64,000 nucleotides of DNA from Octopus vulgaris (GCA_951406725.2 OX597835.1:12586001-12650000); one strand, 5' to 3'; positions 25,805-39,268 are shown, counted from the first letter of the stretch. The notes: generated by a model not told the origin, from the sequence alone. Numbers and translations are program-made.

Positions 25805-26490
25805 TAATTAATATATACATAATTAATCCCTTAGAAAAAAAAATTAAATTGGGAATAAGACTAATCTTTATATATAAAAGTGAGGTTGTGTGCTGTCTGT
25901 CTCCTACGATTTAGATTCCTAACTAATCCCACATTTTGCGGTGCAGTTTAACCAAAACCTGGTATCTTATAGTCGTGATTCATATCGAGTCCTTCTGGGT
26001 ATTAGCGCGCGTCTACGATGAGTCTACGATTTAAAAAAAAAAATTACCATCAATCTTTCCCATTTTTAATGCATTTTTGGCATATATAAGGGAAGTAACT
26101 CTCTAAAAAGTTATTATTAAATGTCAGAACGTAAAAAGCTACAGTAACACTCCCCCCTTTGTGGTTAGCCATATTGAGATGGCTATTATACTTTAAATCT
26201 CTAAAAATGCTTATATAGTTATTTCCCTTACAAACCCGAGCAACGCCAAGCGATACTGCTAGTCTTTATATATAGATATCACTAATAAACCACCTACATA
26301 AACCAAAAATAATATATAACCATATCAAGAATAAATAAAAAAAGAAATCATAACTCTTATAAAAATACTAACTAACATAATCATAAATCCTAATCTCAAC
26401 GGCTGAATTAAAATAATCAATAAACTAATAATAGAAAAACCTAAAGAAAAATATATCATCAATACCATATCAAAAAATAAAAAAAACTCA
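25805..26490 (-). pseudogene. nad6: NUMT: 5' part of mitochondrial NADH dehydrogenase subunit 6 (probably with the tRNA-Pro 3' end at ~26470-26490), split by a Helitron
   Basis: From ATG at 26468, invertebrate mitochondrial code: MVLMMYFSLGFSIISLLIILIQPLSLGFMIMLVSIFMSVMISFFIYSWYGYMLFLVYVGGLLVMSMY | Helitron | ISLIPNLIFFSKGLIMYMLI. TGA=Trp in SWYGY; YVGGLLV and SLIPN are ND6 hallmarks. Confidence 0.93.
25865..26262 (+). mobile_element. Non-autonomous Helitron
   Basis: 5' TCTTTATATATAAAAG, subterminal CCCGAGCAACGCC hairpin remnant, 3' CTAG, inserted between A and T. Confidence 0.88.
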
Positions 26491-27444
26491 TTAGGACACC
26501 AATGATATTGAAGATATGAATACTCAGAGCTGTGATTCGTAGGCGATTAGGTCGCTATTTCTACCAGGTCGAACAATTATTCAGAAGCTCCGTCACCGTC
26601 TCGTTCTTATTCAGGTTGTGACAGATTACAAAACTAAAAAAAAAAAGGGGATCTTTTTGTGGTCCCGTTATCAGTGGCGTAGCTTGTGTGAGTGCCGCTA
26701 CTCTCGAAGCAGCCCTTGAGCCTGCCGCTTCCTGCCCAATATATAAGCTTATACAACGAACCCCAAATGTGCTGCCCCACAAGATCGTCCTCGGAGACAG
26801 ATCACCCCAGGCACTCCTCCACCAGCTAAGCTACTGTCCGTTATCAAATATAGTCCTTGGAATTCAAGGGTACCCGTGGCGTTCTTGATTTCAAGCCATT
26901 GATGTTTGTAGCCTCAACGTGCAGAGTTGTCTCGGCTTAAGTGAATGCAGTATAGAATTAGTTACGTTGTTAGCGACGAAGTATAGAAATAATATTTGGT
27001 AAGGAAAAAGGAAAAACAGAAATAAGACACATTCAATTACTGTAAAATATGTGTGAAGTCTTTTGTCAACTAATTATTGATTTCTACATAAAAACGGATG
27101 AAAGCACCGGAGTAGGACTAAAAGAGAAAGTGAAAAAGCATAGGGAGAAAAAGAGCGAGACAGAGAGAGAGACACAAAGAGAGCGAGAGAAAGAGAGGGA
27201 GGAAGAAAGCGAAAAAGAGAATAAAGGGAGTGAAAACAAGAGCCAAGAAGAGAGATTCTTTCACAGTTAAACAACAAGGTGAAAAAAAAAAACTTCTCTT
27301 GGAACTTTCGAATGGAATCTATCAACGAGGAGTCAATAGGAAGGAAATGTATTCATTGCGAATCGCGAAGGAATGTTTCCATCAGAAGGTTCCATTGTCT
27401 TCTGAAAGATTCTAGATGAAACGTTAGGAATGCATTTCACATTT

Positions 27445-27550
<106 letters not shown>

Positions 27551-27618
27551 CATACACATATATACATACGTATTTACATGTATATATGCATGTATGAATG
27601 TATATATATATGTATATA

Positions 27619-27668
<50 letters not shown>

Positions 27669-28209
27669 TATATTATATATATACGTATATATATATATAT
27701 TTGTATGTATGAATGACTATATATATACCGCAATAGTCGAGGGATTACTGCACATTTGTTCCACTATTAATTATTCTCCTTCATATATTCCACTATATTC
27801 CACTCTTACCTTTTATATTCACCTTACTGAGAGATGTCGCCTATTTACTTATTACACAACGTGCAGGTATTTTCTTTATTTAAGCAAAAAAAAAAAATAT
27901 ATATATATATATACTTGAAACAACGGATGAAAAATTTAAGAAGGTCAAAATGTGTTGACGCCACCTCATGTCTGTACAAGAAATACAATTCTTCAGGAAT
28001 TTTTGCAATGAGAGTGAATACTAAGGCTTATGTATATTTGTAGCTTTATCACGGAATGTGTCGAATATATCGTTAATGCGCAGCTTTTTGCATAAACTAA
28101 ACCTGCTGTCCTTTGAAAAACCTTCAGAAAACACATGTAGTCTATTTATAAGATCATATGTCCATGTGTAGATACGCATATATTTTGGAAGTTTTGGATT
28201 CATAGACAT

Positions 28210-28629
28210 GCGCAGGAGTGGCGGTGTGGTAAGTAGCTTGCTAACCAACCACATGGTTCCGGGTTCAGTCCCACTGCGTGGCATCTTGGGCAAGTGTCTT
28301 CTGCTATAGCCCCGGGCCGACCAATGCCTTGTGAGTGGATTTGGTAGACGGAAACTGAAAGAAGCCTGTCGTATATATGTATATATATATATATATGTAT
28401 ATGTGTCTGTGTTTGTGTGTCTGTGTTTGTCCCCTTAGCATTGCTTGACAACCGATGCTGGTGTGTTTACGTCCCGTCACTTAGCGGTTCGGCAAAAGAG
28501 ACCGATAGAATAAGTACTGGGCTTACAAAGAATAAGTCCCGGGGTCGATTTGCTCGACTAAAGGCGGTGCTCCAGCATGGCCGCAGTCAAAATGACTGAA
28601 ACAAGTAAAAGAGTAAAAAAGTAAAGAGT
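28210..28629 (+). mobile_element. SINE family A, young full-length copy
   Basis: Complete head, internal (TA/TG)n and AAAAGAGT tandem tail. Confidence 0.95.
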
Positions 28630-28822
28630 ATGTACAACATTTGTGAAATTAGATAGAGCAGCTATTACTGAAAATAATATAATGCGGAGTAACGAGCGAA
28701 TCGTTGACTACAACACGTTGTAAGTATTAAAAGTAATCAAACCTGTATAAGATTTGAGAAGGGATAAATATAAAGAAGGCATAAAGAAGGAAAAATAACG
28801 AAATCAACCAGTCTTACGATTA

Positions 28823-28879
28823 ATCGCGTACGCGTTTCGGGATTAGAATTTTAAAAGTCAATTCCCTCATCAGCATGAT
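28823..28879 (-). ncRNA. Type I hammerhead ribozyme (Penelope-type GAAACGCGTA)
   Basis: Minus strand: ATCATG-CTGATGA-GGGAATTG...TAATCCC-GAAA-CGCG-TA-CGCGAT. Canonical core, GGG/CCC base of stem II, palindromic ACGCGT stem III, imperfect stem I. Confidence 0.75.
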
Positions 28880-29084
28880 ATTTCAAGATTATAAATTTGA
28901 AAATGCTAAACCTACCCTTTGCATCTTCGATCAAGCGACATCGAAACATATCATAAGATGGACAGCATTTCCAAATTTATATGGACGAGTAATTCCGCAT
29001 CCTTCTATCCAAAATTACCATGTGCGTCACAAGATTGTACCGCAGAAAAAACTGCAGTTTGCTATCAGGGAGTGAAATTATCAA

Positions 29085-29409
29085 CATGTAACAATATTGA
29101 CCGAGGTTACCATGGTCTTTTCCGTAGGCTTTTCTTCCCACGGATAAACCTTATCTGCTTCCCCCTTTACACCGTACATCATGACACTGTGATACACGAT
29201 CCCTATTGATCAATTTTTTCCCCTTTTTCCTTTCTTTTTTTCTTTTTTCTCTTCTTTTGTTTCTTTTCCTTTTTTTCTTTTTTTTCTTCTTTCCCTCTTA
29301 CGATTCCTTTTGATCGAAAACCTACCCCACTTTTTCTCCAAAAAAAGAAAAGCTCTACTTTGTAATCTGTCCCGTCTGTGTGCAGCCCTGTGTGGCTAAT
29401 AAAGAAACA
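29085..29409 (+). mobile_element. 3' end/UTR of a LINE-like retroelement (homolog of 13630-13930)
   Basis: AACATG...TTGACCGAGGTTACC...GCAGCCCTGTGTGGCTAATAAAGAAA. Confidence 0.75.
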
Positions 29410-29419
29410 TATCATTATA

Positions 29420-29665
29420 GATATAAGGTAAAAGGTTATTAATTTAATAATTTCACCAAGTAGCTTCGTTATGGAAGTTATATTGTAGTTAAAAGAATTA
29501 GCGACTGCTATTTCTAAATTTTTGGTATGTGGTGAAGCAACTTTTTGTTAAACCCTTAATTATATTTATAATTATGAAAAAAATCTTTTCGTATAAATTT
29601 TTACCAATAATGTTTTTTTTTTCCATACCAAAGCTACTTGGTGAAATTATTAAATAATAATTAAA
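29420..29665. mobile_element. Fold-back element related to 35147-35380
   Basis: TTTAATAATTTCACCAAGTAGCTT..TATGGAA is inverted against TTCCATACCAAAGCTACTTGGTGAAATTATTAAA; internal TATTTCTAAATTTTTGGTATGTGG is shared with 35313-35345. Confidence 0.7.
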
Positions 29666-29685
29666 TTATATATATATTATATATA

Positions 29686-29738
<53 letters not shown>

Positions 29739-29887
29739 TATATGGAATCCAAGGACGAGATCCAGAGATGCTCTCTATAGGAAACACGTAGTAGCTCTGA
29801 AATGATTTGAAGCTATTCTCCGAAATCTTTACCGAGGACTAAGTCTACGGGGTATCGATAGGGTATAAGAGGAATCCATACACAAAC

Positions 29888-29938
<51 letters not shown>

Positions 29939-31527
29939 CCCTAATTATTTGTATTTACTGTCTACAGCCTTATCTCTATCTCTGAAATCCGAGATTATAT
30001 CAGATTTATATATTTCCTTTCCTACAAAATCCGTTAATAATATCTGTATGCCAATTTAATAACCAAAATGGCTGCTACCACTCGAGAAGCCTGTGTAACA
30101 ACGTAACAGATATCAAGGCAATCAACAACGCATCTTCAGCTCGTTACGTCATACCGTGTTATTAATACATGGTATTCCATTGTCATTCGTTTAGCTCCTG
30201 TAGCTAGCTGCAAATAGGCTCGGTGATCTGGTATTGGTCATGAATGAAACCTGCAGGTGTATTCTGTTAATTAGGGAAGTTATAATTTGTTAGATTTTGC
30301 GTGTGGAGTTCAAGGATCTTTATAAAGTTGAGTATGGATAGCGGGACATCAGCATGGTTTCTTTTTTTTTTCGTTGGAGATTCTGAGTTCAACAGCGTCA
30401 TTAGCGGTTCCTTTCGGAGATAAATTCAAAGACTTAAAGTGGTTGAGAAGACAATAAAGACGAGGCGAAATAGTGCAAGTATAGCAACAACAACAACAAC
30501 AATGATAATAATACTAATTATAATGATACTAATTATACTAATTATAATGAACCCGGAACCATGTGGTTGGGAAGCGAGATTCTCACCACACAGCCACGCT
30601 TAAGCAACTCACACTTCATACATTTAACACCACATAAAATAACACAGCTCATACAATATTGTACTCTATATTGTAGAGTACGCCTTGTTTGAATTCCACT
30701 CAACGAAGCTTTTCATTTCTGCCTGTGGATCCCTTTGATTCCTGTTTTAATCTCCTAGACACCCAGAGTCATTTTTGAAGTTAAAAAGAAATCTCATTAT
30801 ATTTTCACAATTAAATATTACTAAGAATTGTATTTAAAAAATTGTTGATGTAGTTTGTGCATTGTTGAATTTTTTTTATTGTGCATGAACTTTAACAACA
30901 AAAGTTTATGTGAAACGACAAGGACCAAATGAACCCCGGTTGAGAGTCCCTGCACTTACACAACACTAAAAATGAATAGAGAAGTTGTTTGGATCTTATT
31001 ATATCCTGGCGCCTTCCAGTTTTTTTGTTTTCTTTTGGCAGAGTCTGGGATGGCCTCTTCTGTTGCAAATTCACCGTCCAACCATTGTTCTAATACTGAG
31101 GTTATTGTTTTGTACAACTTCGTCTATAGTGACTCCATCTTTTCCCCATACCGCCATACTCCTCCCTCATAATTCTCCTACTTTGTCTCGCGGTTACTAC
31201 TTGCATTGATTTCGATTCTATTTTTATTTAGTGCTTCCTAAAAATCGTTTTGGACTGGAGCCGAACTGCTTGGCTTTATTCAAAGAATCATTATAACTTT
31301 TCATACCGACCGATACTTTGGGATTTAGCGAGGATCTCCTGTTTCAGCTTTTCTTTGATTTCAGATAATTCTCTCTCTAATTTATATTTTCGTAATTATA
31401 TTTTTATATTATATTTCTGTCTCTCTATGTTTCGCTTGTGTCACTTCGTTATTGATTTTTATCAAGGAATGAGAATTTTTCTTACATTTCTTCAGTATAC
31501 ATTTCTTCATTTTCTTACATTTCTTCA

Positions 31528-31693
31528 GGCGCAGGAGTGGCTGTGTGGTAAGTAGCTTGCTAACCAACCACATGGCTCCGGGTTCAGTCCCACTGCGTGG
31601 CATCTTGGGCAAGTGTCTTCTGCTATAGCCCCGGGCCGACCAATGCCTTTGTGAGTGAATTTGGTAGACGGAAACTGAAAGAAGCCTGTCGTA

Positions 31694-31756
<63 letters not shown>

Positions 31757-31987
31757 ATGTGTGTGTGTTTGTGTGTTTGTCCCCCTAGCATTGCTTGACA
31801 ACCTATGCTGGTGTGTTTACGTCCCCGTCACTTAGCGGTTCGGCAAAAGAGACCGATAGAATAAGTACTGGGCTTACAAAAGAATAAGTCCCGGGGTCGA
31901 TTTGCTCGACTAAAGGCGGTGCTCCAGCATGGCCGCAGTCAAATGACTGAAACAAGTAAAAGATAAAAGATAAAAGATAAAAAAAGA
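31528..31987 (+). mobile_element. SINE family A, young full-length copy
   Basis: As 28210; tail (AAAAGAT)n. Confidence 0.95.
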
Positions 31988-32039
31988 TATCTATTTTCCA
32001 TATTATTTTTGAATATTTTTATTTGACTATATCTGAGGA

Positions 32040-32368
32040 GTGAGGGCGCGTGGCTTAGTGGTTAGGACATTCGGCTCATGATCGTAAGGTTGTGAGTTCG
32101 ATTCCCGGCGACGCGTTGTGTCCTTGAGCAAGACACTTTATTTCACGTTGCTCCAGTCCACTCAGCTGGCAAAAATGAGTTGTACTTGTATTTCAAAGGG
32201 TCAGCCTTGTCACTCTCTGTGTCACGCTGAATTATCCCCGAGAACTACTTTTAGGGTACACGTGTCTGTGGAATGCTCAGCCATTTTTGCACGTTAATTT
32301 CACGAGCAAGCTGTTCCGTTGATCGTATCAGCTGGGACCCTCGTCGTCGTAACCGGCGGAGTCTTTAA
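32040..32368 (+). mobile_element. tRNA-derived SINE family C (tail type Y)
   Basis: A and B boxes; 11-bp TSD ATATCTGAGGA (32029-32039, 32369-32379). Confidence 0.9.
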
Positions 32369-32439
32369 ATATCTGAGGAAGTTTCCACTTTGTAACAATA
32401 CTGGCAGCTGCATACATTATTTCGTTTCATCTTTTATCT

Positions 32440-32680
32440 CGAGACCTACCGCTTCGATTTCCGGGTTGGGCGATATGTTGTGTTCTTGAGCAAAACACTT
32501 CATTTCCCGTTACCTCAGTTCACTCAACTGCAAATGAGTTCAAGCAGTAGCTGGACATTTAACCCTGCGACAGACCAGCGTCCCGTTCAGGGGGTAAGTG
32601 TTATTATCTTAGTCACCTATGCGCCATAAAAAACCCTGTTAAGTTCTGGTTTTATAACCTCTAAGGAACACGACAAATCT
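32440..32680 (+). mobile_element. SINE family C, diverged and 5'-truncated
   Basis: TTGTGTTCTTGAGCAAAACACTTCATTTC core; ACCCTGCGACAGACCAGCGTCCCGTTCAGGGG motif. Confidence 0.65.
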
Positions 32681-32731
32681 AAGCTAAGCTAATAATATAA
32701 ATATTCGTATCCATTTTCTTGAAACATGAAA

Positions 32732-32939
32732 TGGTGAGATGACAGAATCGTTAGCATGCCGGGCGTAATAATTAGCGGGATTTCATATCTTTATGTTCTG
32801 AGTTCAAAATCCGCCGAGGTCGACTTTGCCTTTCATCCTTTCGGGGTCGATAAATTAAGAACTAGTGAAACACTGGGGTCGATGTAATCGACTCATCCTC
32901 TCACCCAAAATTACAGGTCTTGTTCTTTTAGTAGAAAGG

Positions 32940-32940
<1 letters not shown>
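32732..32940 (+). mobile_element. SINE family B, short-tail variant ending in (ATT)n
   Basis: Family B head and core, then CCCAAAATTACAGGTCTTG...AGTAGAAAGG(ATT)n. Confidence 0.85.
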
Positions 32941-33023
<83 letters not shown>

Positions 33024-33084
33024 ACCGCCAGATAATGGAATGATAGATGCAATCCGTCCCCGCCAGCTTTCACTGTTTCTCCTT

Positions 33085-33336
33085 TCTTTTATCTTTTATT
33101 CTTTTACTTGTTTCAGTCATTAGACTGCGGCCATGCTGTCGCACAGCCTTGAAGAATTTTTTGAAGCCTTGTACTTATTCCATCGATCTGTTTTGCGAAC
33201 CGCTAAGCTACGGGGGAGGTAAGCACATCAACACTAGTTGTCAAGCGAAGTTGGGGTACAAATACAGACACAAAACACAGACAGCCAGACTAACAGACAT
33301 ATACACACAGACACATACACACACACACACACACAT

Positions 33337-33369
<33 letters not shown>

Positions 33370-33462
33370 CATAACGGGTTTCTTTCAGTTCCCATCTACG
33401 AAATCCCCGAGGTTGGAGCAGAAGACACAGGGTCAAAGTGTCACGCAGTGGGACTGAACCCG
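33085..33462 (-). mobile_element. SINE family A, diverged
   Basis: Family A motifs with internal deletions. Confidence 0.8.
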
Positions 33463-33679
33463 GGACTGAAAGCCACAATTTCATTCACAAAGTCTGGATT
33501 GAACCAAGGCTAAAATGAAAAAAAAAAAGAAACTGGCCCAAAATGCTGCGTGGTGGAATTGAACGCGAAACGCTACGAATGATAAGCAACCTTTCATAAC
33601 CATTAGGCTACGCCCGCACTAGACTACAATACTTTTTGTGTGTGCAGTGGTGGTATTACAATATATAACTCTGTAATAA

Positions 33680-33763
33680 TGCAATTCTGAGCTTTGTGCA
33701 AGGCATAATTCACTGACGTGTTGCAATTCTGAGCTTTGTGCAAGGCATAATTCACTGACATGT
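33680..33763. repeat. 42-bp tandem duplication
   Basis: TGCAATTCTGAGCTTTGTGCAAGGCATAATTCACTGAC at 33680 and 33722. Confidence 0.92.
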
Positions 33764-33998
33764 TTCAGCTCTCCCCATCCATCATCTTCTTTCTCTATAT
33801 CCTTACACACACCCCACACAACAGGCGTGTGCACGCATACACACACCAATACATATTATACATAAATATATATATACATACATGCGTACTTCCACATATA
33901 CTCTCCCTATATATATATATATATATATATATACATAATATATATGCATATACACATATATATATTACATATTTAAAATACATATGCATATACATATA

Positions 33999-34059
<61 letters not shown>

Positions 34060-35146
34060 TTATATAAACACACATACGTACATATATATGTATTATATAT
34101 ATGTATATGTATATGTATGTATATATATATAATACGAATGTGCATATATATATATATACATAGTACATAACTACATACGTACAAACATATATGCATATAT
34201 ATATATAAACATCTATATATATATATATGTATATGTATATGTATACACATATATATATGTATATGCATATATACATATATATATATGTACATATACGTCT
34301 ATATGTATATATACATATACATTTATGGGTATACACACACACGCGCATATATGTAAATTGTATACATACACACATACATACACACATATTCACACATATA
34401 GATATGTGTGTGTGCGTACGTGTGTGCGCACGTGTGTGCGTGTGTGCGTGTGTGTGTGTGTCTACGTCATGTAAAACTGTCTGCCGCAGCCACAGTAACA
34501 TGCGGCTTTTAAACAATTAGTTTCGAATTTATAGCGATAAATAATTGAATGGAAATCTATTTGGGATTTTTCTAATAGTATTTTCGGTTTTACTTAAATG
34601 GCACCACAGGGAATTAATTTCATTAAAATTGTCCATTTCTCACCAAGTTCGTTGGTTGCAGCAAACGACATGGGCGCAATGCGAGATTTGAGATTAAAAA
34701 CGAAACTATTTCTCTCTAAACAACCAATGAAATAACCGGGGAAAATAAAGGATACGTGTCGAACACGTAATTGAATAAATGCAATACTTTAGTACTTCAC
34801 CTGAATTATAGTTATATCGAATCCCTTTTATAAAAACGGTGAATAAATTGGATCCATAATGGATGGACGTCACTAGCGAGCGAGTCTGGTTTGGTTTGGT
34901 TTGGTTTGGTAATGTGTGTGAAGGCAAACGCTAATTGTTCTTGGAGTGTGTCAAGAGTGTAGTCAAGAGCGGCGGACATAGAGATCTTGTCGAATCTCAC
35001 CCTTTGACTTAGTGGAGCATAAAGAATGTGACAAGGAAGAGGGAGAGAGAGAGAGAGAGAGAGTCAGAGAGAGAGAGAGAGAGAGACAGAGTAATATAGC
35101 GATAGAGGAAGAGATGTATACAAATTTTATATATATATATATATAC

Positions 35147-35373
35147 TCATTACAGATAAAGGGTGAAATATAATTAATTTAATAAAATCAACAAATTTCA
35201 TCAAGTAGTATTTCGGTATGGAAAAGGACCATGTTCGGTAAAAGTTTATATAATTATAACAATGAGGGTCTTTGCAACAAGTTGCTAGACTACATACCGA
35301 AAATTTTAGAAATATTTCTAAAATTTTCGGTATGTGGTCAAGCAACTTGTTGCAAAGACCCTTATTGCTATAA

Positions 35374-35380
<7 letters not shown>
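35147..35380. mobile_element. Fold-back element in (TA)n with a spacer-less 67-bp palindrome (35247-35380)
   Basis: Centre TAGAAATATTTCTA at 35313/35314; about 5 mismatches between arms; (TA)n on both sides. Confidence 0.85.
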
Positions 35381-35455
<75 letters not shown>

Positions 35456-35609
35456 GTATGTTTGTTTCTTTTGCCAGCCAGCACAGCTGTGCATTATGTA
35501 ACAGAATCTGCAAAACTTTAGCCGCACTCAAGATTCATACAAGGGCCTCACATCGGATCAACATTGACTCATTTCAACGATTCTTTCTTTCAAGCAGCTA
35601 AAATGTAGG

Positions 35610-35742
<133 letters not shown>

Positions 35743-36759
35743 CAGAGAGAGAGAGAGCGAGAGAGAGAGAGAGAAAGCTGCAACAGTACTTCGGCTGTTA
35801 CTCATTATAGTTGAGTATACTGGAACAACGTGAAAAGCCTTGCTCAAGGATTAAACACAGCACCTAGTCCAGAAATTGACCCCATGACACTATGACTGTG
35901 AATCGAACACCGTAAACACTAGGTTATAGGCAACCTTTCTCAGGAATCGGACCGCATGAGATATGGCTCCCCATCAGGCGAGTCGCACAGCTAAAAATAT
36001 TTGAGGCAATTCTTTTGTCTGGCTGGCCATTCAGGAAGTCCAGCGGGCGGCAATTTTTCCAAGAGTGATGTTGACCAAAGTTTAAGCAAACCCTTTTTTA
36101 GGGGCAGATAGGATTGAAAATGTTGCAACGTTCCCACGTATTAACGAAACTGTGATCACCCAAAGCTACAAAAACAGGTAATTCAACTGGTAATTAAAGG
36201 TCTGTCGAAGATAAAATGACCGTAGAGTCTTGTTAAGAGGCAGATATTTTGGTCGCTGAGGCTATTTTGAGAGAAAAAATCAAACTGGCACCGATTTTTT
36301 TAACTTCAGGAATAAACACTACAGCAAAAACAAAACATTGCTATTTAAGTGCAAAAACAAAAATAAAAGTTTTCTGCACGTCAGACTTCAGAAAGCGTTC
36401 AAATTTTAAAGAAAAAAATTTCCGTTTCAGCTAAAAACGCTGGTTTCAATGGTTTAGAAAAACAAAGAAGAAATTTCCAGAATGCAAAAGAAAAAAAAAA
36501 ATCATTGCTTCTATTTTTTTCAAAAATTATACTCTCGCAAAAGACGTTTAATTATAGTTTTTGCTTTGTTTTGGATTTCTTCATTGTTTCGAAGAGAGGG
36601 CAGCTAATATCTTCCGGTGTGTTTGTTTAAGATAACGGATGTTTTCTTTCTTCGTCTTCAACTTGTTCGTTTCCTTCCCTTTTGTTTCGGTTCGGTTTTG
36701 CCATTTTTTTTTTTTTTAAAACGCGACCGTTGCAAAATGTTGCTACTACATGATACTAC

Positions 36760-37272
36760 ATCCATCACCACAACTATTACCACCATGCCACCACCACCAC
36801 CACCACCACATCACGACCACAACCAATACCACAACCATCAATACCACCACCACCACCACAACCATCACCACAACCATCACCACAACCATCAATACCACCA
36901 CCACCACCACAACCATCACCACAACCATCACCACCACCACCACCACCACAACCATCACCACAACCATCACCACAACCATCAATACCACCACGACCACCAC
37001 AACCATCACCACAACCATCACCACAACCATCAATACCACCACGACCACCACAACCATCAATACCACCACCACCACCACAACCACTATCACCCCCACCACC
37101 ACCCACCACTATCACCCCCCCCTACCACCACTATCACCATCACCACTATCACTACCACCGCCACCACCACCACCACCACCACCACCACCACCACCACCAC
37201 CACCACCACCACCACCACCACCACCACCACCACCACCACCACCAGCACCACCACCACCACCACCACTATCAC
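36760..37272. repeat. (CAC)n-based compound/higher-order trinucleotide repeat
   Basis: Recurrent ACCATCACCACA and ACCATCAATACC units, then pure (CAC)n. Confidence 0.95.
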
Positions 37273-37479
37273 TGCAGAATCAAAATTTGAATTAACTTAC
37301 TATTAAGGAAAGAGTTTTTTCTGGAGACGAGAAGACATCCGCGAAGGTCTCTTTCTACCCCAATAAGCATCATTAGCACAGCATTGTCCTATATTGATTG
37401 GAGCCAGACATAAATAGAAAACATATTCGAAAGAGTAGAGGATATTTATATGTAGAATAATGGGCATGTTATATAATAG

Positions 37480-37692
37480 TGGTTTCAAAATTTGGTACAA
37501 GGCCAGTCATTTCGAGGAAGGGGCAAATCGATTATATCAACCCCTGTGCGTAACTGGTACTTATTTTGACGACCCGAAGGGATGAAAGGCAAAGTTGACC
37601 TCGGCGGAATTTGAACTCAGAACGTTAAGACGGATGAAATGTCGCTAAGCATTTGGTCTGGCGGAGTAATGATTCTTCCAGCCTGTCGCCTT
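37480..37692 (-). mobile_element. SINE family B, short-tail variant
   Basis: Reverse complement of the family B head/core with a CTTGTACCAAATTTTGAAACC tail. Confidence 0.8.
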
Positions 37693-37724
37693 TAAATAAT
37701 AATAAATAATATCAAAATTGAATT

Positions 37725-37804
<80 letters not shown>

Positions 37805-38168
37805 AAGAGAAAGAAAGGGGAGGAAAGAGGCAGATGGATAGACAGAGATGGATTACAATTTTTCAAAAATGGCTCCTCAATCCCGTTTGAAAGTGTTGAA
37901 AAACAGCTCAAATATCTGTCGCCAGACACGAATCGAAATCCTGACGTCTGACTAAATTAATGGCATAAAACAACTTTATATCTCAATATCTGAAAATGCT
38001 CTATATAACAAATATTCATTACATTGAGTACTTAGCACTGTCACATGCATCCAGCTCAATCCTATATATCCATGTATGTGTTTATTTATTTGTGTGTGCA
38101 TGCGTGTGTGTGTGTGTGTGTGTGTGTGTATTACTTTGACCGTTTGTCTGAGGTGATGTGCATGGATG

Positions 38169-38557
38169 GTGGAAGCACTCCGTCGGTTACAACGACGAGG
38201 GTTCCGGTTGATCCGAATCAACGGAACAGCCTGCTCGTGAAATTAACGTGTAAGTGGCTGAGCACTCCACAGACGCGTGTACCCTTAACGTAGTTCTCGG
38301 GGATATTCAGCGTGACACAGAGAGAGTGACAAGGCCGGCCCTTTGAAATACAGGTACAACAGGAACAGGAAGTAAGAGTGGGAGAAAGTTGTGGTGAAAG
38401 AGTACAGCAGGGATTACCACCATCCCCTGCTGGAGCCTCGTGGAGCTTTAGGTGTTTTCGCTCAATAAACACTCACAACGCCCGGTCTGGGAATCGAAAC
38501 CGCGATCCTATGACCGCGAGTCCGCTGCCCTAACCACTGGGCCAATTGCGCCTCCAC
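38169..38557 (-). mobile_element. tRNA-derived SINE: head D + tail Y
   Basis: Head matches 54156-54340, tail matches 32180-32362; 12-bp TSD TGTGCATGGATG (38157-38168, 38558-38569). Confidence 0.92.
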
Positions 38558-39083
38558 TGTGCATGGATGACGTTAATACGTTTGTAAAATTACAAATTCA
38601 TTACGATAATTCTAATTTTAAATATCATTATTCAAGAAACGTATTTTCCATGTGTAGTGTCGAAACGAGCGTAACTATAGAATTAAATGTAATACCATAA
38701 ACCCCAGTCTTCGACTTCATATACATGCATACATGCACACACGCACACACACACGCACACATATATATATGTGTGTGTGTGTGTGTGCATGTGTGTGCCT
38801 TCATATATGAGCGTGTGTGTATGTATATTTACACAGATATACAGTCATGGAGGGGGTACTAGAGACAATTTCGGCGTGATATATGCCCAAGTTTTCTCTG
38901 CTTCCCATACACACTATATTGGCTTTACACATCCCGCTGGCTCCAGATCGTATTTCCTTCTGCTTTAATTATCCAAGATCGTCTCTACAGAGAGATCAAC
39001 AAAGTTGCACAGAATTATATAATCACTCTGTAACGTTTTCTTCTCTTTCTCTCCGCCTCTTTCTCTATCTATCTACCTATCTT

Positions 39084-39136
<53 letters not shown>

Positions 39137-39141
39137 TTTTA

Positions 39142-39268
<127 letters not shown>

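Noticed and set aside
36617-37306. His/Thr/Pro-rich 229-aa ORF as a structural protein
   Set aside because: Open in several frames on both strands because it is (CAC)n-derived; no splice or codon evidence.
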